From the NCBI GenBank assembly GCA_951406725.2, contig OX597819.1, forward strand, positions 116,312,001 to 116,376,000: a stretch of 64,000 nucleotides of DNA. Reading direction: 5' to 3'. Both the position numbers and the translations under genes were made by a program. The DNA comes from Octopus vulgaris (Eukaryota). Below are positions 1 through 14,094 of this stretch, piece by piece; within the stretch, counting starts at the first letter, position 1; the number at the start of each line of letters is the position of its first letter. Under the pieces are notes generated by a model. It was not told where the DNA came from. It saw only the letters and a list, made by a program, of their open reading frames with translations, and did no database searches.

Positions 1-1547
1 ATGGATTTACCAAAGAAATAGATATGAAATTTGGATTAGAAAAATGCGCCAAAGTAACCATGAAAAGAGGAAAACTAGTTAAAAGTAACAACATCACACT
101 AGATAAAACCAATGAAATAAAAGAATTAGACCAAAGCCAAACTTACAAATACTTAGGAATCCATGAACTAGATAAGACACAACACACACAAATGAAAGAG
201 AAAATAAAAAAAAGAATATTATAGACGAGTTAGATCAATACTAAAAACAGAGCTCAATGCTAAAAACAAGATAATATGTATCAACACTTTAGCTGTCCCA
301 GTTATAAGTTACAGCTACAATATCCTTAACTGGACACGAAATGAACTGTCCAAAATAGATAGGAAAACAAGAAAAATACTGACAGGATCTAGGATGCATC
401 ACCCAAAATCTGACATAGAAAGACTATATATACAACGTATAGAAGGTGGTAGAGGCCTTATACAGCTGGAAAACTACTATAAAATAACCACCATAGGACT
501 GCAAAAATACCTACTTCAGAAGGAATGAAAACTGATCCAGATAGCAGCAAAACACGAGCAAAACAAAAACTGTTCTCAGTATTTAAGGAAGCTGACAAAT
601 ACAAACAAGAAATCATACCACCTAATAAACACGAAGAAGAAGAAGAAGAAGATGATGAAGAAACAACAAAAGCTATAAAACAAATGAAATCCAAACTAAA
701 AATAGAACAGCAACGAACCATGATAAAACGATGGCAAGAAAAGCCCCTTCATGGTAAATACTGCACTAAACTAAACGCAAAAGAAATAGACAAAGAAAGA
801 TCCCAGCAATGGTTGAGAAGCTCAGGACTCAAAGCAGAAACAGAGGGATTTTTAATTGCAGCACAAGACCAAAGCCTCCCCACCAGAAATTACCAAAAAC
901 ATGTAATGAAAAGAAATATTACAAGTAACTGCAGAATATGTGGAGATGGACAAGAAACAATAAATCATATTATCTCTAGCTGCCCAGTCCTGGCTAAGAA
1001 GGAATATATTCACAGACATGACAGAGTTGGAACCTACATACACTGGAAGCTATGCCAACATTATGGAATAACAACAGAAAAAAGATGGTATAGGCACACA
1101 CCAGAAAAGGTCACAGAAAACGAGAAAGCAACCATACTCTGGGATATGCCGATACACACAGATAGAGAAATTAAGGCCAACAGACCAGATATAGTTGTCA
1201 GAGACCATGAACAAAAAAATGCTTTCTAATTGATGTATCAGTACCGGCAGATGACAACGTGTCTCTAAAAGAAATGGAGAAACTGAAAACAGAAACAATT
1301 CCTATCATAGTAGGTGCATTAGGCATGATAAAAAAATATTCAGACAAATACATAACAAAAACACCAGGACTTACAAACACATATATCATACAGAAAATTG
1401 CACTACTAGGCACTGCACACATCCTACGCAGAGCACTTTCCATACAATAACCATCAGAGCATCACAACAAATCACAGCACATACCCAAGGCACACAGAGC
1501 TGCGGTTGGTAGTGAAGTGAAAGCACGCTATAAAAATAAAACTACTG
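1..1547 (+). mobile_element. R4/Dong-like RLE-type non-LTR retrotransposon, 3' part, frameshifted
   Basis: RT C-terminus (MKFGLEKCAK, YKYLG), GFLIAAQDQ, CCHC finger CRICGDGQETINHIISSC, RHD, RLE motif NRPDIVV and terminal IQKIALLGTAHILRR (stop at 1450). Followed by a short 3' UTR and (TAA)n. Confidence 0.92.
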
Positions 1548-1565
1548 AATAATAATAATAATAAT

Positions 1566-2098
1566 GAATGCCTTGATGCAATACCAGGCAGTGGCTCCCA
1601 TAGTTTCTGATCCTAACTGATTGGAAGTGCTAACATGTACCTTGTTTTGTATTGGTATAAAAGATGGGCTACAGCAAATATTCTGCTCAATACCACAGAT
1701 TTGCTTGTCAGTTATTTGACCTTAAATACTTGAGCATGTTCTGGGTGGCTGACGATATGTGCATCTCTGATCGCAAGCAGAAATAGTGTGTGAGTATTAT
1801 AGCCATGTGTTGAGAGGAATTTTGGATATTTCCTCTTTGGAAACATGGGAGAATTTCGTTCAACCACCTTAAACAACACTTATTCAGGGATCTTTTGATC
1901 TGTAGAAAATTATAAATGCGCCCCACCTGCAAGGTCATGCGCTGTTTATCTTGATATGAGATCGACACGTCGCGCACATATGGTTGTAATGCTTGTGTCT
2001 GGTGTAACCTTTTCAGACGGGTAGTCATGATGGGTACTCTGGGCTTTGTATATTTTACCCCAGTTTCACTGCGATGACATGCACTGCACTCTCACTCA

Positions 2099-2100
<2 letters not shown>
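1566..2100 (+). mobile_element. Non-coding (TAA)n-tailed retroposon or long LINE 3' UTR
   Basis: Flanked by (TAA)n on both sides and ends ctctcactc(aat)n. Homologous pieces at ~43840-43950 (+) and 44404-44597 (-). Confidence 0.7.
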
Positions 2101-2156
<56 letters not shown>

Positions 2157-2175
2157 CAACAGCAGCAACAACAGC

Positions 2176-2240
<65 letters not shown>
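2101..2240. repeat. (TAA)n/(CAA)n microsatellite
   Basis: Seen directly. Confidence 0.95.
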
Positions 2241-2242
<2 letters not shown>

Positions 2243-2407
2243 TATAACCAGTAAGCTACCAGGTGGAAACCATTCGTTTTATTATATATACATAAGAGAA
2301 GCGGAATTAACGGTTACAAGCCTCATTGAGGGATAGCAATATCCTATAAAAGCACTCGTAGATTAACTATAAAAAACAATATTAAGCATTATATGCTCGG
2401 ATGCAGC

Positions 2408-3355
2408 ACGGTCTCGCGCCATTTCCGCTCTACCGGTCATTCTTTACAACACTTGTCTGTTCGGAATGTCCTCAGAAAGGGGCCATCTGGACTCCCATCT
2501 TCACCGTGATCAGGATTATCCTTCTCTCTTCACTCTTTTGCGCCACATGGGCTCAACTCTCCTCCGCTCTTCATCTAACTCCTCTCCACTCTTCTCACAC
2601 CTACTTCCTCCCTTCACCCCCACCCACCTCTCCTCTCCTCTCTTGCTCTGACATTTACTTCCTCCCTTCACTCCTACCTACTTTCTCCCTTCTACCCTCT
2701 TTCTTCATAGACCCCCTCCATCGTTACGCCACCCCTACACATTCCAACTCCACCATCCCTATACATCACATCCCACCCCACCCCATCCCACACATTCCAC
2801 TTCCAAATACCCCTCCCCATCCTCACACGCCACTCCCATATACTCTACCGTACCCTACCCACACCCAACAGCCTCGCCTCCCCAACTCCCCAGAACCGCC
2901 ACACCACATACAACCACACACATCGTGTCACACCACACCACACACCACCACGTCACACCACATTACACACCCCGCACACACTAGCACTGACTACATCCCA
3001 GCAGCCACACCTACACATGCACCTAGGTACACGTCAAGGTCAGCAGCCCCTATCCACAAGTTCATGCACGCTGCCAGGTACCCACGCACGCGAACCTCCG
3101 TTTTGGGATCACCACTACTTTATTATCTCCCTTCCTTCTTAGCTCTCCTGTCTGACCAACACTGTCCGGTATTCGCCATGATTGATCGCTAGTCACTAAC
3201 CCTTTTTTCAAAATGTTCTCTCTCTGTTTATTTCTGTGTTCCTTTCTGTTGAAGAGCGAAGGCTCGAAACGTAAAAGACTTTCTCACTTCCCGAGCGTTA
3301 AACTAATATATCTGTTTGTTTAAACACCCTTTTTCGTTTTGCATTTTTTTGTAAA
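2408..3355 (+). mobile_element. Penelope-like element 3' fragment (GIY-YIG end, C-rich 3' region, hammerhead)
   Basis: 2410-2560 translates with frameshifts to VSRHFRSTGHSLQHLSV...LHSFAPHGLNS, matching the HF...GH...P.GLN end of PLE GIY-YIG. Hammerhead at 3242-3277. Ends in (TA)n. Confidence 0.75.
3242..3277 (+). ncRNA. Minimal type-I hammerhead ribozyme (A6U core variant)
   Basis: CTTT-CTGTTGA-A-GAGC(GAAG)GCTC-GAAAC-GTA|AAAG. Stem I is CTTT/AAAG and stem III is palindromic ACGT. Confidence 0.7.
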
Positions 3356-3357
3356 TT

Positions 3358-3359
<2 letters not shown>

Positions 3360-3418
<59 letters not shown>

Positions 3419-3465
3419 TATACACGTCTATATATGCATTATATATATATATGTATGTATGTATG

Positions 3466-3501
<36 letters not shown>

Positions 3502-3536
3502 TATATATATGCATATACACGGCTATATATACGTAT

Positions 3537-3595
<59 letters not shown>

Positions 3596-3597
3596 CA

Positions 3598-3629
<32 letters not shown>

Positions 3630-3660
3630 ATATATATAATGCATATATAGACGTGTATAA

Positions 3661-3707
<47 letters not shown>

Positions 3708-3725
3708 ATATGTGTATGTATGTAA
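3360..3725. repeat. (TA)n/(TACA)n compound microsatellite
   Basis: Seen directly. Confidence 0.95.
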
Positions 3726-4389
3726 ATCTACTCTCCATGCTGCAGTGCAATTTGATATATTTGTGATGAGATTTGTCTGGTTGATGACAGCTACCGTTCG
3801 TATTTTGCATGAAGAGTAACATACGGCGATCGGATGCCTACTATTTCCCCAAATCATTAGCTGAGTAAATGAAGTCATAACGCAGATTATAGCTTCTGTC
3901 TTAGGGGATTTATATGTAGAAACACTCTTTTCCATATACAATTATTAGTTATTATAACTACCTTCAGTTGGTCGTATTATACTTTTCCATATTCTTGTGG
4001 ATTTCCATATACAAATTTTCATGCAGGTACAAATATATTTAGATGTATTTACGTGCATATGGCCAGAGGATTAACTGATTACTTCTAATCTAATACATTC
4101 CTCATTAACTGATTTCTTCTAATCTAATACATTCCTGATAACTTTAATTCCTTTTTATAGCTCATATATGTGTGTCGGGTTCATAGTATTGTCTTGTGGC
4201 GTGGAACTCTGCTCCCGTTCTCCAGCTAAAGCTTTCGAAATAATTATACCTTATACATCAGTTAATTATGTAATATCTTTCCAACACAACTCTCACTATA
4301 TTGTTACATATATACAAACACACATATGTGATTAAATATATATATGTGTGTGTGTCTCACTTTCTCTCTATCTCTTCTTTTTATATAGA

Positions 4390-5262
<873 letters not shown>

Positions 5263-5551
5263 AAACATATGTTTGTATCTCTATGTATACGCACATTCAT
5301 TTGTTCTTCCCTTCTTCGCTTCACAGCTTTTTAACCTGATCTGTTGAATCACACTTTAAATATAATTACCATTGAAGTACAGCTTATAGCATCGTATATA
5401 TTATCGTCAATTAGGAATTCTTTGAGGTGTAGAAGGAAGAATTGCGGATTGAACAACTATATATATATATTCATTAATTGATCAGTATTTCTACGGATGA
5501 ATGTGTCTCTTCCGCAATTTCTCTGTATACACATTCATACACAGAAATATA

Positions 5552-5609
<58 letters not shown>

Positions 5610-6084
5610 CATACGTGTGTGTGTATGTGCGTGCGTGTTTTTGCCTGTGTTTAATTGTATATATGTACATACACATATATATATATGCATGTATGTATGT
5701 ACGTCATTATTCAGTTCATTTCAAGATTTCTTGTCATTAGAGAAAGAACCGGTTTCCAATCTAGATCCAAGGCTCCTTCATTGGAATTTCAACGTCAACA
5801 ACAAGGTAGTTTTGTATGTATGTATATATGTATGTATGTTTTATGTATGTATTCTCATGCATATAGTTACATATCTAGAATGCTCATATATATCGAAATG
5901 ATAAACTTCTCGAAAGTTTTATATATTTTACAGTATGTATGTATGCATGTATATATGTACGTACGTATATATGTATTTATGTATGTACGTATATATGTAT
6001 GTATGCATGTATGTATGTATGTATGTATGTATGTATGTATGTATTTATGTACAGATAAATCTAGGAAGAAACATCAGACGCCAT

Positions 6085-6480
6085 TTGGACGTAAGTAATG
6101 AATATATGCGAATGAGTCTCAGTGAAAGTTTTAGATTGGAAAATAGTAGAAATGACGTTTCGGCCATGTCTCTTTTATCGGATCGAAGAAAAATTCAAGA
6201 GAAGAGGTAAAAAAGGGAAGAACAGATAGTTCGGAGAAAAGGCAGAAGAATGCAGAAATGGTTATTTTGCGTGTGCGAGTGTCTGTGTTTTTGTATATTT
6301 CTGTATGTGTGTGTTTTTGATTGGCGATGTTTAGGTGTGTGGAAGAAAACTGGAAAGAGAGAATTTGAGGAGAAGGAAAGGAAATGAGGATGGGATTGGT
6401 GTGAGAGAGATGGAAGATGGAAACTGTTACAAGGAGCAGAGTACTTTAGATCGAAATGGCGTATGAGTTTCTCGTATGAT
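6085..6480 (-). mobile_element. Probable degenerate Penelope-like 3' fragment
   Basis: Pyrimidine-rich minus strand with a hammerhead remnant GGCC-GAAAC-GTC at ~6153-6175. The CTGANGA core has decayed. Confidence 0.35.
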
Positions 6481-7766
6481 ATCTCACTCTTTCTCTTTCT
6501 CTCAGACCTTTTAATACATACACACACACATTCACACGTCTACCCACACACTCACACGCATACACACACACACATGCACCCAGACACATGCAGGCACACA
6601 CACAAATATATATATCTGTATGTACGTGTGTGTTTGTGTGTGTGAGTGTGTGTGTGCGTGTGAATGAATGTGTGTGTATTCAAAGGTCTGATAAGTAGAC
6701 TGAAAGGTTCGAAGGTAATTCTGGTACTGCCTAAAATAGTTAAATCAATCGTTTCTTCGACAAAATATGTCTCTCTTTCTCTCGCTTTTTCTCTCCTTTC
6801 ACACTCACGGAATTGCCTCGTCAAGACACGATAAAGAAGATAAACATGAATTTATCCAGGACTGTTCTGGATTAAATTTGGTGTGGAAATGATGCTTTAC
6901 AGATCAAATACATCCCAAAACCTATTTGAACTCTCTTAAAGTGTATATGCATACATACATCCATAAAGCAAACTAGCACATAGATCTCATAAAGAATTTT
7001 ATGGGACGAAAACACACACACACGCACACAATCATACACAAATGCACACACACATGCACAGACATGCAGACACATACACAAACACACACACGCAAATACA
7101 AACGAACACACGCACCCATACACACACGCGCACCCACACACATATACACAAAAGATTCTGTATATCTCGTCGAGTATTGATTAATTGTCGTCTCTGTTCC
7201 TAGAATGTTGTTTAACTGTTATAGTTTCACTAATGTAAGCTGTTAGTATTTAAATGGGTGTACACGAAAGAAGAACTGTAAAAATGTGAGAAAGAAAAAC
7301 AAAATAAGGTCTGAAAGTCTTTTGGTGAGTAAAAAGGGAAAATACAAAACAAACCATCATATATACTATATAACCATGTATTCCTAGAAAATCTTTCGAT
7401 CCTGTCATTAAAGTAACATACATTATGCAAAATAACATTATTAGGAGAGATATTGTGCTTTTCGGGTTCAAGGCAGAAAATGAAGCATGTATCTCAATAA
7501 AGAACAGTTCCAGTATATGTAGAAGAGCGTTTATCCCCCTTTATCTTCCTCATATAACATGCTGTGAAAATATATGTGTGACAAAGGTGAAACTTCATTC
7601 TATTTAATTATCTACTTTATTCTCTATTATGCTTATAATAATAATGAACATGTATTACATGTGTAACGAGAGATTTACGTATAAATTTCTCTTTGTCTCC
7701 CACATTGAAAACCTTTAAGAATTCCATACATTCGTACTGAAATGTTTGTTAGTATAGTATAAACAT

Positions 7767-8065
7767 GTGGAGGCGCAATGGCCCAGTGGTTAGGGCAGCG
7801 GACTCGCGGTCGGAAGATCGCGGTTTCGACCGGGCGTTGTGTGTGTTTATCGAGCGAAAACACCTAAAAGCTCCACGATGCTCCGGCAGGGGGTGGTGGC
7901 GACCCCAGTTGTACTCTTTCGCAACAACTTTCTCTCAATCTCACTTCCTGTTTCTTGAGTAACGCTGCGATGGACTGGTGTCCCGTCCAGCTGGAGGGAA
8001 CATATACGCCGGGAACCCGAGCCGTTGAGCCTGGCTAGGCTTGAAAAGGGCGACGTTTATCGTTA
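7767..8065 (+). mobile_element. tRNA-derived SINE group A, V-domain-like body
   Basis: Head gtggaggcgcaatggcccagtggttagggcagcggac (A box). V-like ctgcgatggactggtgtcccgtccag. 13-bp TSD atagtataaacat at 7754-7766 and 8066-8078. Confidence 0.9.
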
Positions 8066-10161
8066 ATAGTATAAACATATAATTTGTACACTTGGACTAT
8101 ATAAAATGTTAAATATAACAAATGTATGAAGGCACATATTTACTATTTACGGCCATGACCTCTTACCAAGTTAACAATTTCAAGTACAGTCACCAACGTA
8201 CAGCTGTATTATTAATCAATGTGTCTTCCACATTTTGAGACAGTAGTGTGTTTAGAGTTAGATTTGATTGCAATCTCTAGCATCTCGTGGTCAGCAAAGA
8301 TTCTCTCCCGTTTTTCGTTTGAAAGAGAAGTTTGTTTCTGCCTTCAATATGATTAGTGTTAAATGAAGGATGGAAAAGTATTTAAGTGCCAGAATATGGC
8401 AGAATCAATTTGATGGACTGTGCACGTTTAGTAATAGGATACTGGTATTTATATTCTTGTTGTTGATATTTTAAAGGCAAATTTGAATGAGAAGTATGCT
8501 AAATCACAAAACTTACTGCGAAGGTGATAATATATCATATATATTGTCACAAATTGAAAGTAACACTTTTCAATCAGGCAAGCAGGAATATAGGTAAAAA
8601 TCTAAGCAAGTGTGAAATATATTTTCAGAAAATACAATATAATGAAAAATACTCTTGGTATGGGGAATAACTTGGTATACATGACATAACTTTTATCGAC
8701 AAATATTTGTCGTATAAAGCTTAAAACTAGATGTATTCATCTATAAAAATCAAATAACTGAAATAAAAGGAGAAAGCTCTAAATTGGCAATCGTTCTGTT
8801 AGAAATAGCAACCAAATGATTCTCAAATTATATATACAGATTTAAAAGAGATGGGACGCAGTAGATAATATATTTCTGAATAATTAAAAGACAAAACAAC
8901 AAGAGAAAGAAACTGGGTGGCAAATCGGATGTTCATACCTCAGTACTATTAGATCTGATAACTATACAAATTAAAATATAAGATAACCAAACTAACAAAA
9001 ACCTCCAGTTGCACTGAAAATCATATAGAAGCAAGCTTTAAATGATTAGAAACATTTAAAAAATAGTCATACTTGTTAAGTGCCAAAGGCCTAGCGATTT
9101 CAAAGTCTTCCGAAATTGTAAAAGATAACTATTTGTAATTAAGCACTTCACCAGGATATATAAAATAACTATCAGGCACTAAAACATCGTGCCCACTGAT
9201 CTGCTGTTTCTACACTCTACGTTTACCGTCGTTGCTCTGTATAACTGGTTTGTGTCATGCCACGGCCACTTGTGAACTCGCCTCTTCTCCTTCATTTTCC
9301 CACTTACCTGTAATATTTTGTCCCTTAGCCAAGCCCGCCTTTTACCGATACGTTCAATCCTTTCTCAATAGGATGTCGAACATCTTGAAGTCCTTGCTTG
9401 CTTGAACCTGTGTTTCCTTTGTCCGAAGACTTTCAATTGTCCAAGTGGAACGGGATAATGACATCAATCGCCTCAGTCGCTGGAAGCCAGTAAAATTCAT
9501 GAGTGCAGCAATTCGTCTGGGTTAAAGTGATAACAAAACAACATTCAACTTTGTGTGTATTTCTATTCAACAAACTTCTGAGTGGAAGACAAAATTGTAT
9601 TAATTTACCAAAAAAAGTAACGAAAAAAAAACACGAGTAATAACACGTTTACTAAGAATATATAAAACAATGACATATTATACTTTATGAAACAATATAT
9701 TATTTATTTAATCAATAATATAAATGAAATTATTTAATTAAAATAAGCTATGTAATGTTAGTTTTGAATTATTAATGATTTATTAACAGCGATGAAACAA
9801 GTATTATTAAAATATTAATATAAACTGCTTAAAAAGTAAGCATGTACTTCTTAAGTGGACAATATATCTTATGAGATATTAGAAAAACGTCAAAAGGCAA
9901 TTATGAATGTAAAGAACAATTTTGGTAAATCGATTTAATAATAAGCAATGTTGATAGCATTACTGGTTTGTTTACCAAAAAGCTATATGCCTGAATGTTG
10001 CCGACATTCTTAATCACTATCAACCAATCAGGGTGTCGCCATTTTCTGAGTATGTTGTTATATGCACAACGAAAGTAATAACTATTTATTAAAAACAAAA
10101 ATGTTGAAATATACTGAGTTCCAAATAAAATACGTTAATGTAATTTTTTTATAATTTAGAT

Positions 10162-10330
10162 CAAGGCCAACAATTTTGAAGGGAAGGTATTAGTGCATAC
10201 CATCGACTCCAGAACTTGACTGGTAGTTCATTTTATCGTCCACGGAGGGATGAAAAGTATCGTCGAGTCTGGTGGGATTCGAAATAAGATTACGGAAAAC
10301 AAGAATAAATACACTAAAGCATTCTATTCT
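10162..10330 (-). mobile_element. Degenerate SINE group C (Nin-domain-like)
   Basis: Similar to the cctttcatcctttcggggtcgataaa..agtaccag core of the copies at 41258-41493 and 50752-50961. Confidence 0.65.
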
Positions 10331-11076
10331 ACGTCCCATTGCCCTCATAGGGCCTTAATGCTAATTCTCAGTATATGTGCCGATTAGAATAAGCAATGAA
10401 GTGGGGCTTCCTACCCTTGGTTATGCCCAAACACAGGAAAACTCGCAAAAAAAAATGTTTGTTCATATGTCTCATTGATTATTAGTTTCGTTCATTGCAT
10501 CAAGTAGCAGTTATTTTTTCCAGTGCAATTAATATATTATAGAGTTTAATATAAAATATTTGATACTATTATGGTTCTATGCACAATATGTACGAAAATA
10601 TTCGCATTTGCTACAGTGTTCAACGAGCGTGAGTAATGGGACCACTGATATACATAAACAAACCAAACCCAATTCTCAACCAGTATATACACCATATCTC
10701 GTCATATAGGAGTTATCAATATACTGAAAAGAAAAGAGAACATAATTAAAAACAGATTTATCCCAGTAAAAAGAACAATATTCTTTACTGCAACGCTGTT
10801 TCATTTAAACTGTGACTCCAGTATCAATTATGTTTAATGAAGCTGCCAATAGTTACAGCTATAAAGCATCTCGAAATCGATAATTTACTACTATATAAAT
10901 TGTGTGCAACAGTAAATAACGACTTGGATAATCTGTTAATACAATCATATGGATTCACCAGTTATTAAAAAAAAAAAATGTGTTCGCACATTTTAATGAA
11001 TTTAGTTAAATCCAGTGAGGAGTGAAAAATCAAATATTTCAGAACTTATTTTTTTCTTAGAGATAGAGAAGGGAAG

Positions 11077-11115
<39 letters not shown>

Positions 11116-11314
11116 GGGAGGGGGAGAGGGGAGAAAAGTCGGAAAGGGAGAATGTTATGTTTCTTTTGTGTCTACCGTAAAGTAAAACAGGCAACGACAG
11201 AAAGATCGCCCATAGGTTTTTTTTTCTCTTGCTGCATTCTGATGGCTGTGAAGTTAGAAGCAGATCGTAAGGGAGATTTGAAACACCAAGAAAGTGGAAT
11301 AGGAGCATATCTTG

Positions 11315-11353
<39 letters not shown>

Positions 11354-11746
11354 CTCTTTTACTCTTTTACTTGTTTCAGTCATTTGACTGCGGCCATGCT
11401 GGAGCACCGCCTTTAGTCGAGCAAATCGACCCCGGGACTTATTCTTTGTAAGCCCAGTACTTATTCTGTCGGTCTCTTTTGCCGAACCGCTAAGTGACGG
11501 GGACGTAAACACACCAGCATCGGTTGTCAAGCAATGCTAGGGGGACAAACACAGACACACAAACATATATACACACTCTTATATATAAAAATATATACAT
11601 ATATACGACAGGCTTCTTTCAGTTTCCGTCTACCAAATTCACTTACAAAGCATTGGTCAGCCCGGGGCTATAGTAGAAGACACTTGCCCAAGATACCACG
11701 GAGTGGGACTGAACCCGGAACCATGTGGTTAGTTAGCAAGCTACTT

Positions 11747-13932
11747 TATTTCAAAACATTTGCCATAAAGGCAGTACACAGATTAAGTTAGCTTTGCGGG
11801 CTGGACGGGGACATTAATGAAGTGAATGATAATGAAAGAAAGATGATAAGGATGGGAGAAGACAAAAAGCGCCCGCCGACTTTCGCTTCTCTAAAACATT
11901 GTTCTTTTTAAAGATAAACACAAAACGAGGTATTAAACCTCTTACAATTTTTCAATTTTTGGACTTAGCAGTCCATTACTAATAATAACAGTTCAATAAT
12001 TACATATCGTCCTCGAAATAGCTTGTGCCCGCGCCCTCCACCATCAACCACGCCTCCTTCAGAACGTAATCAAGTTCCGAGTTTGCGTCGCCCGGGACCA
12101 AGTTATAATCTTCATTGAGCTCCTTTAGCCCAAGCGTCACGTCGAACGCCACGGCCTCCACAGCTACCTGCGGAGGCCATTCGGGGTCCTGTGTGAAGGC
12201 TAAAGGTGCTCCCTTGTGGTGCTCTTCCATCACCTTTTCAATTTCACCTCCTCTATAGAAGAGGACCAATAGTTCTTTCGTTGGCGGCACAGTTTCCGCC
12301 AACGGTATTCCTTCTCTTGTCGGTGGCACAACCCCAACCGACGTAGTTCCGGGACATTCCAGTGCTATGTCACTGACAGCCGGCAATGTCCCGTTTTTCT
12401 TCCTCTTTTTCTTTTTTTTTTCCCTTTTCAACTGAGAGAGGGTGCGTCTCCTCCGTGGCCGGAAGATTCGCCTTCCTCTCCTCATCCCTATTATCCTTTG
12501 GTGAGCACCCATTGTTGCTCACCTTCCTCTTTCGGCCTCTGTTTGAGGAGTCTTCTGCTTTCTCGGCCGTTATCATTCCCTCTTCTAGAGGGGTTTTACT
12601 TAACTGTTCCGGGATCCTATTTTGTTCCCGGAGACAGTTCTTCTTTATGTGGCCGGACTCCAAGCACCGATGACACTTAGGGGGGCGACCCTCAAGCATC
12701 ACCGAGTACCTGCACCCGGCCATTTTCAAAAAATCTGGAAGAACCAGATTGGCTGATTGGGTCCACAGGGTCAAAATTGCTTTTGACCCAACCCAAGCAG
12801 TCGCAGGAAGAACTTTTACATTAAGGAGCTTAGTTTCGCTACCACCCAGACCCCGGCGGATAGTCTCCTCTATCCACTCGGGTTCTATGTCGGGTGGCAG
12901 TCCGCAAATCCAAGCTTTCATTAATTTCTTTTTTTGTACGTTGGCAGGAATAAGATTTCCTTACCCTCCAGGGGTTTGCTAGCAAATTTGCAAGCCTCTT
13001 CAGGGGTGTCAAATAGCAACCACACCGTTGCATATTTGACACCCCTGGAAAGGAATTTAATTGTTGGCAAATACTCTTCCAACTCCTTTTCAATTGCCGT
13101 CTTTTCGAATAGGGCGAATGTGTCGAGTGCCTTGGAGTAGGTTCTCAACACCACCGTCCTATCTTCACGGTCTTTTAACCACTTTTTGGGTGGTATGATT
13201 TCCCACTCCAAAATTTTGTTATTTTTCATTGCCATGTTTTTTTTAAATATATTCAAATTAAACTCAAAAAGCAAGAAGAAAAAAGTTCAAAAGTCCAAAT
13301 AAAATTTGATAGATTTTTGAAAAAACAAAAAGGAGAAAGCACAACAGAAGAGAAGAAATCAACGGAAAGTCGCAATAAAGAAAAAAAAACAAAAGGGTGG
13401 GTTAAAATGAAGTTCAAAAGAAAGTTAATAAACAGAAAAAACACAGCAAAAATATTCTGGCCTTGCGGTACTCCCGGCCTGGCTTGAACTTGGAACGCCG
13501 CAACTGCAACACAACTTCCACAAAAATGGGTCCGAAAGGTAATCCAATAGTGGCTTATTTTTATAATTTTCTTGCGAAGTACTCTGACAAGGGAATAAAT
13601 TCAACAAACCCAAACACAGCACTGGCTACCGCAAACGGTAATTTTAACAGTAACTGTATTGAATTCCGAGGATACGCCCCTCCACTGTTTTTTCTTTTTT
13701 TTCAATGAACACAAAAACGGCAGCCGCCGAGAGCAGGCGAAATTGTGTCAGAGTTGGACACAACTTACTGAAATAATAATTGGCACGCAATAAATTATGC
13801 CCAACTCACAATAAACAAAATCACTTACCTCGACAACTTTCCGTTTTTGGTCTTTTTCTTTAATTGGACGGAGCTGGTTGACTCGCGTCCACTCTGGCTG
13901 AACAGGAAGCAACTGACTAACTGCGCATGTGT
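11747..13932 (-). mobile_element. ORF1-only (HAL1-like) L1/Tx1-type retroposon, 2186 bp
   Basis: 15-bp TSD gttag(c/t)aagctactt at 11732-11746 and 13933-13947. About 700 bp of 5' UTR, one gag-like ORF, 3' end ...gaaataaa. No RT or EN coding. Confidence 0.85.
12000..13235 (-). pseudogene. L1/Tx1-like ORF1 (RRM-like region and CCHC zinc knuckle), ~410 aa with two frameshifts
   Basis: Track ORFs 12921-13274, 12370-12921 and 12000-12512 join at or near A-runs. Sequence reads MAMKNNK...ILFLPTY / AWICGLPPDIE...EGRPPKCHRCLESGHIKKNC (CX2CX4HX4C). Confidence 0.85.
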
Positions 13933-14094
13933 GTTAGTAAGCTACTTACCACACAGCCACTCCTGCGCCTATATATATTTATACACACACGTATACATTA
14001 TTGAGGCTGGTTCAACTGCTTGTTATTGTATTTCGTTCATATTATACTCAGTGACTTTCATGTAAAAAAAAAAAGTAATGATTTCAAATTCTTG

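Larger units (their letters stand above)
11352..13970 (-). mobile_element. tRNA-derived SINE group B (CORE-like, octopus OR-type), split by the 11747-13932 insertion
   Basis: Body at 11352-11746; head resumes at 13933-13970 (aggcgcaggagtggctgtgtggtaag). A box tggctgtgtgg, B box ggttcagtccc, CORE-like cttgggcaagtgtctt, tail (gtaaaaga)n. Confidence 0.9.

Noticed and set aside
2021-2085. SECIS-like ATGA...GA hairpin
   Set aside because: No apical AA motif, simple Watson-Crick pairing explains it, and there is no linked UGA-containing ORF.
2401-3192. 263-aa Pro/His/Thr-rich ORF
   Set aside because: C/A-rich low-complexity PLE 3' region. The real GIY-YIG remnant is in other frames.
7767-7840. 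tRNA genes at SINE heads
   Set aside because: A/B boxes run into SINE bodies with TSDs, and there is no complete cloverleaf.
9300-9520. Possible minus-strand exon ending at a CAG|GTAAGT donor near 9308
   Set aside because: Stops in the frames examined and no recognisable protein. A non-coding exon cannot be excluded.
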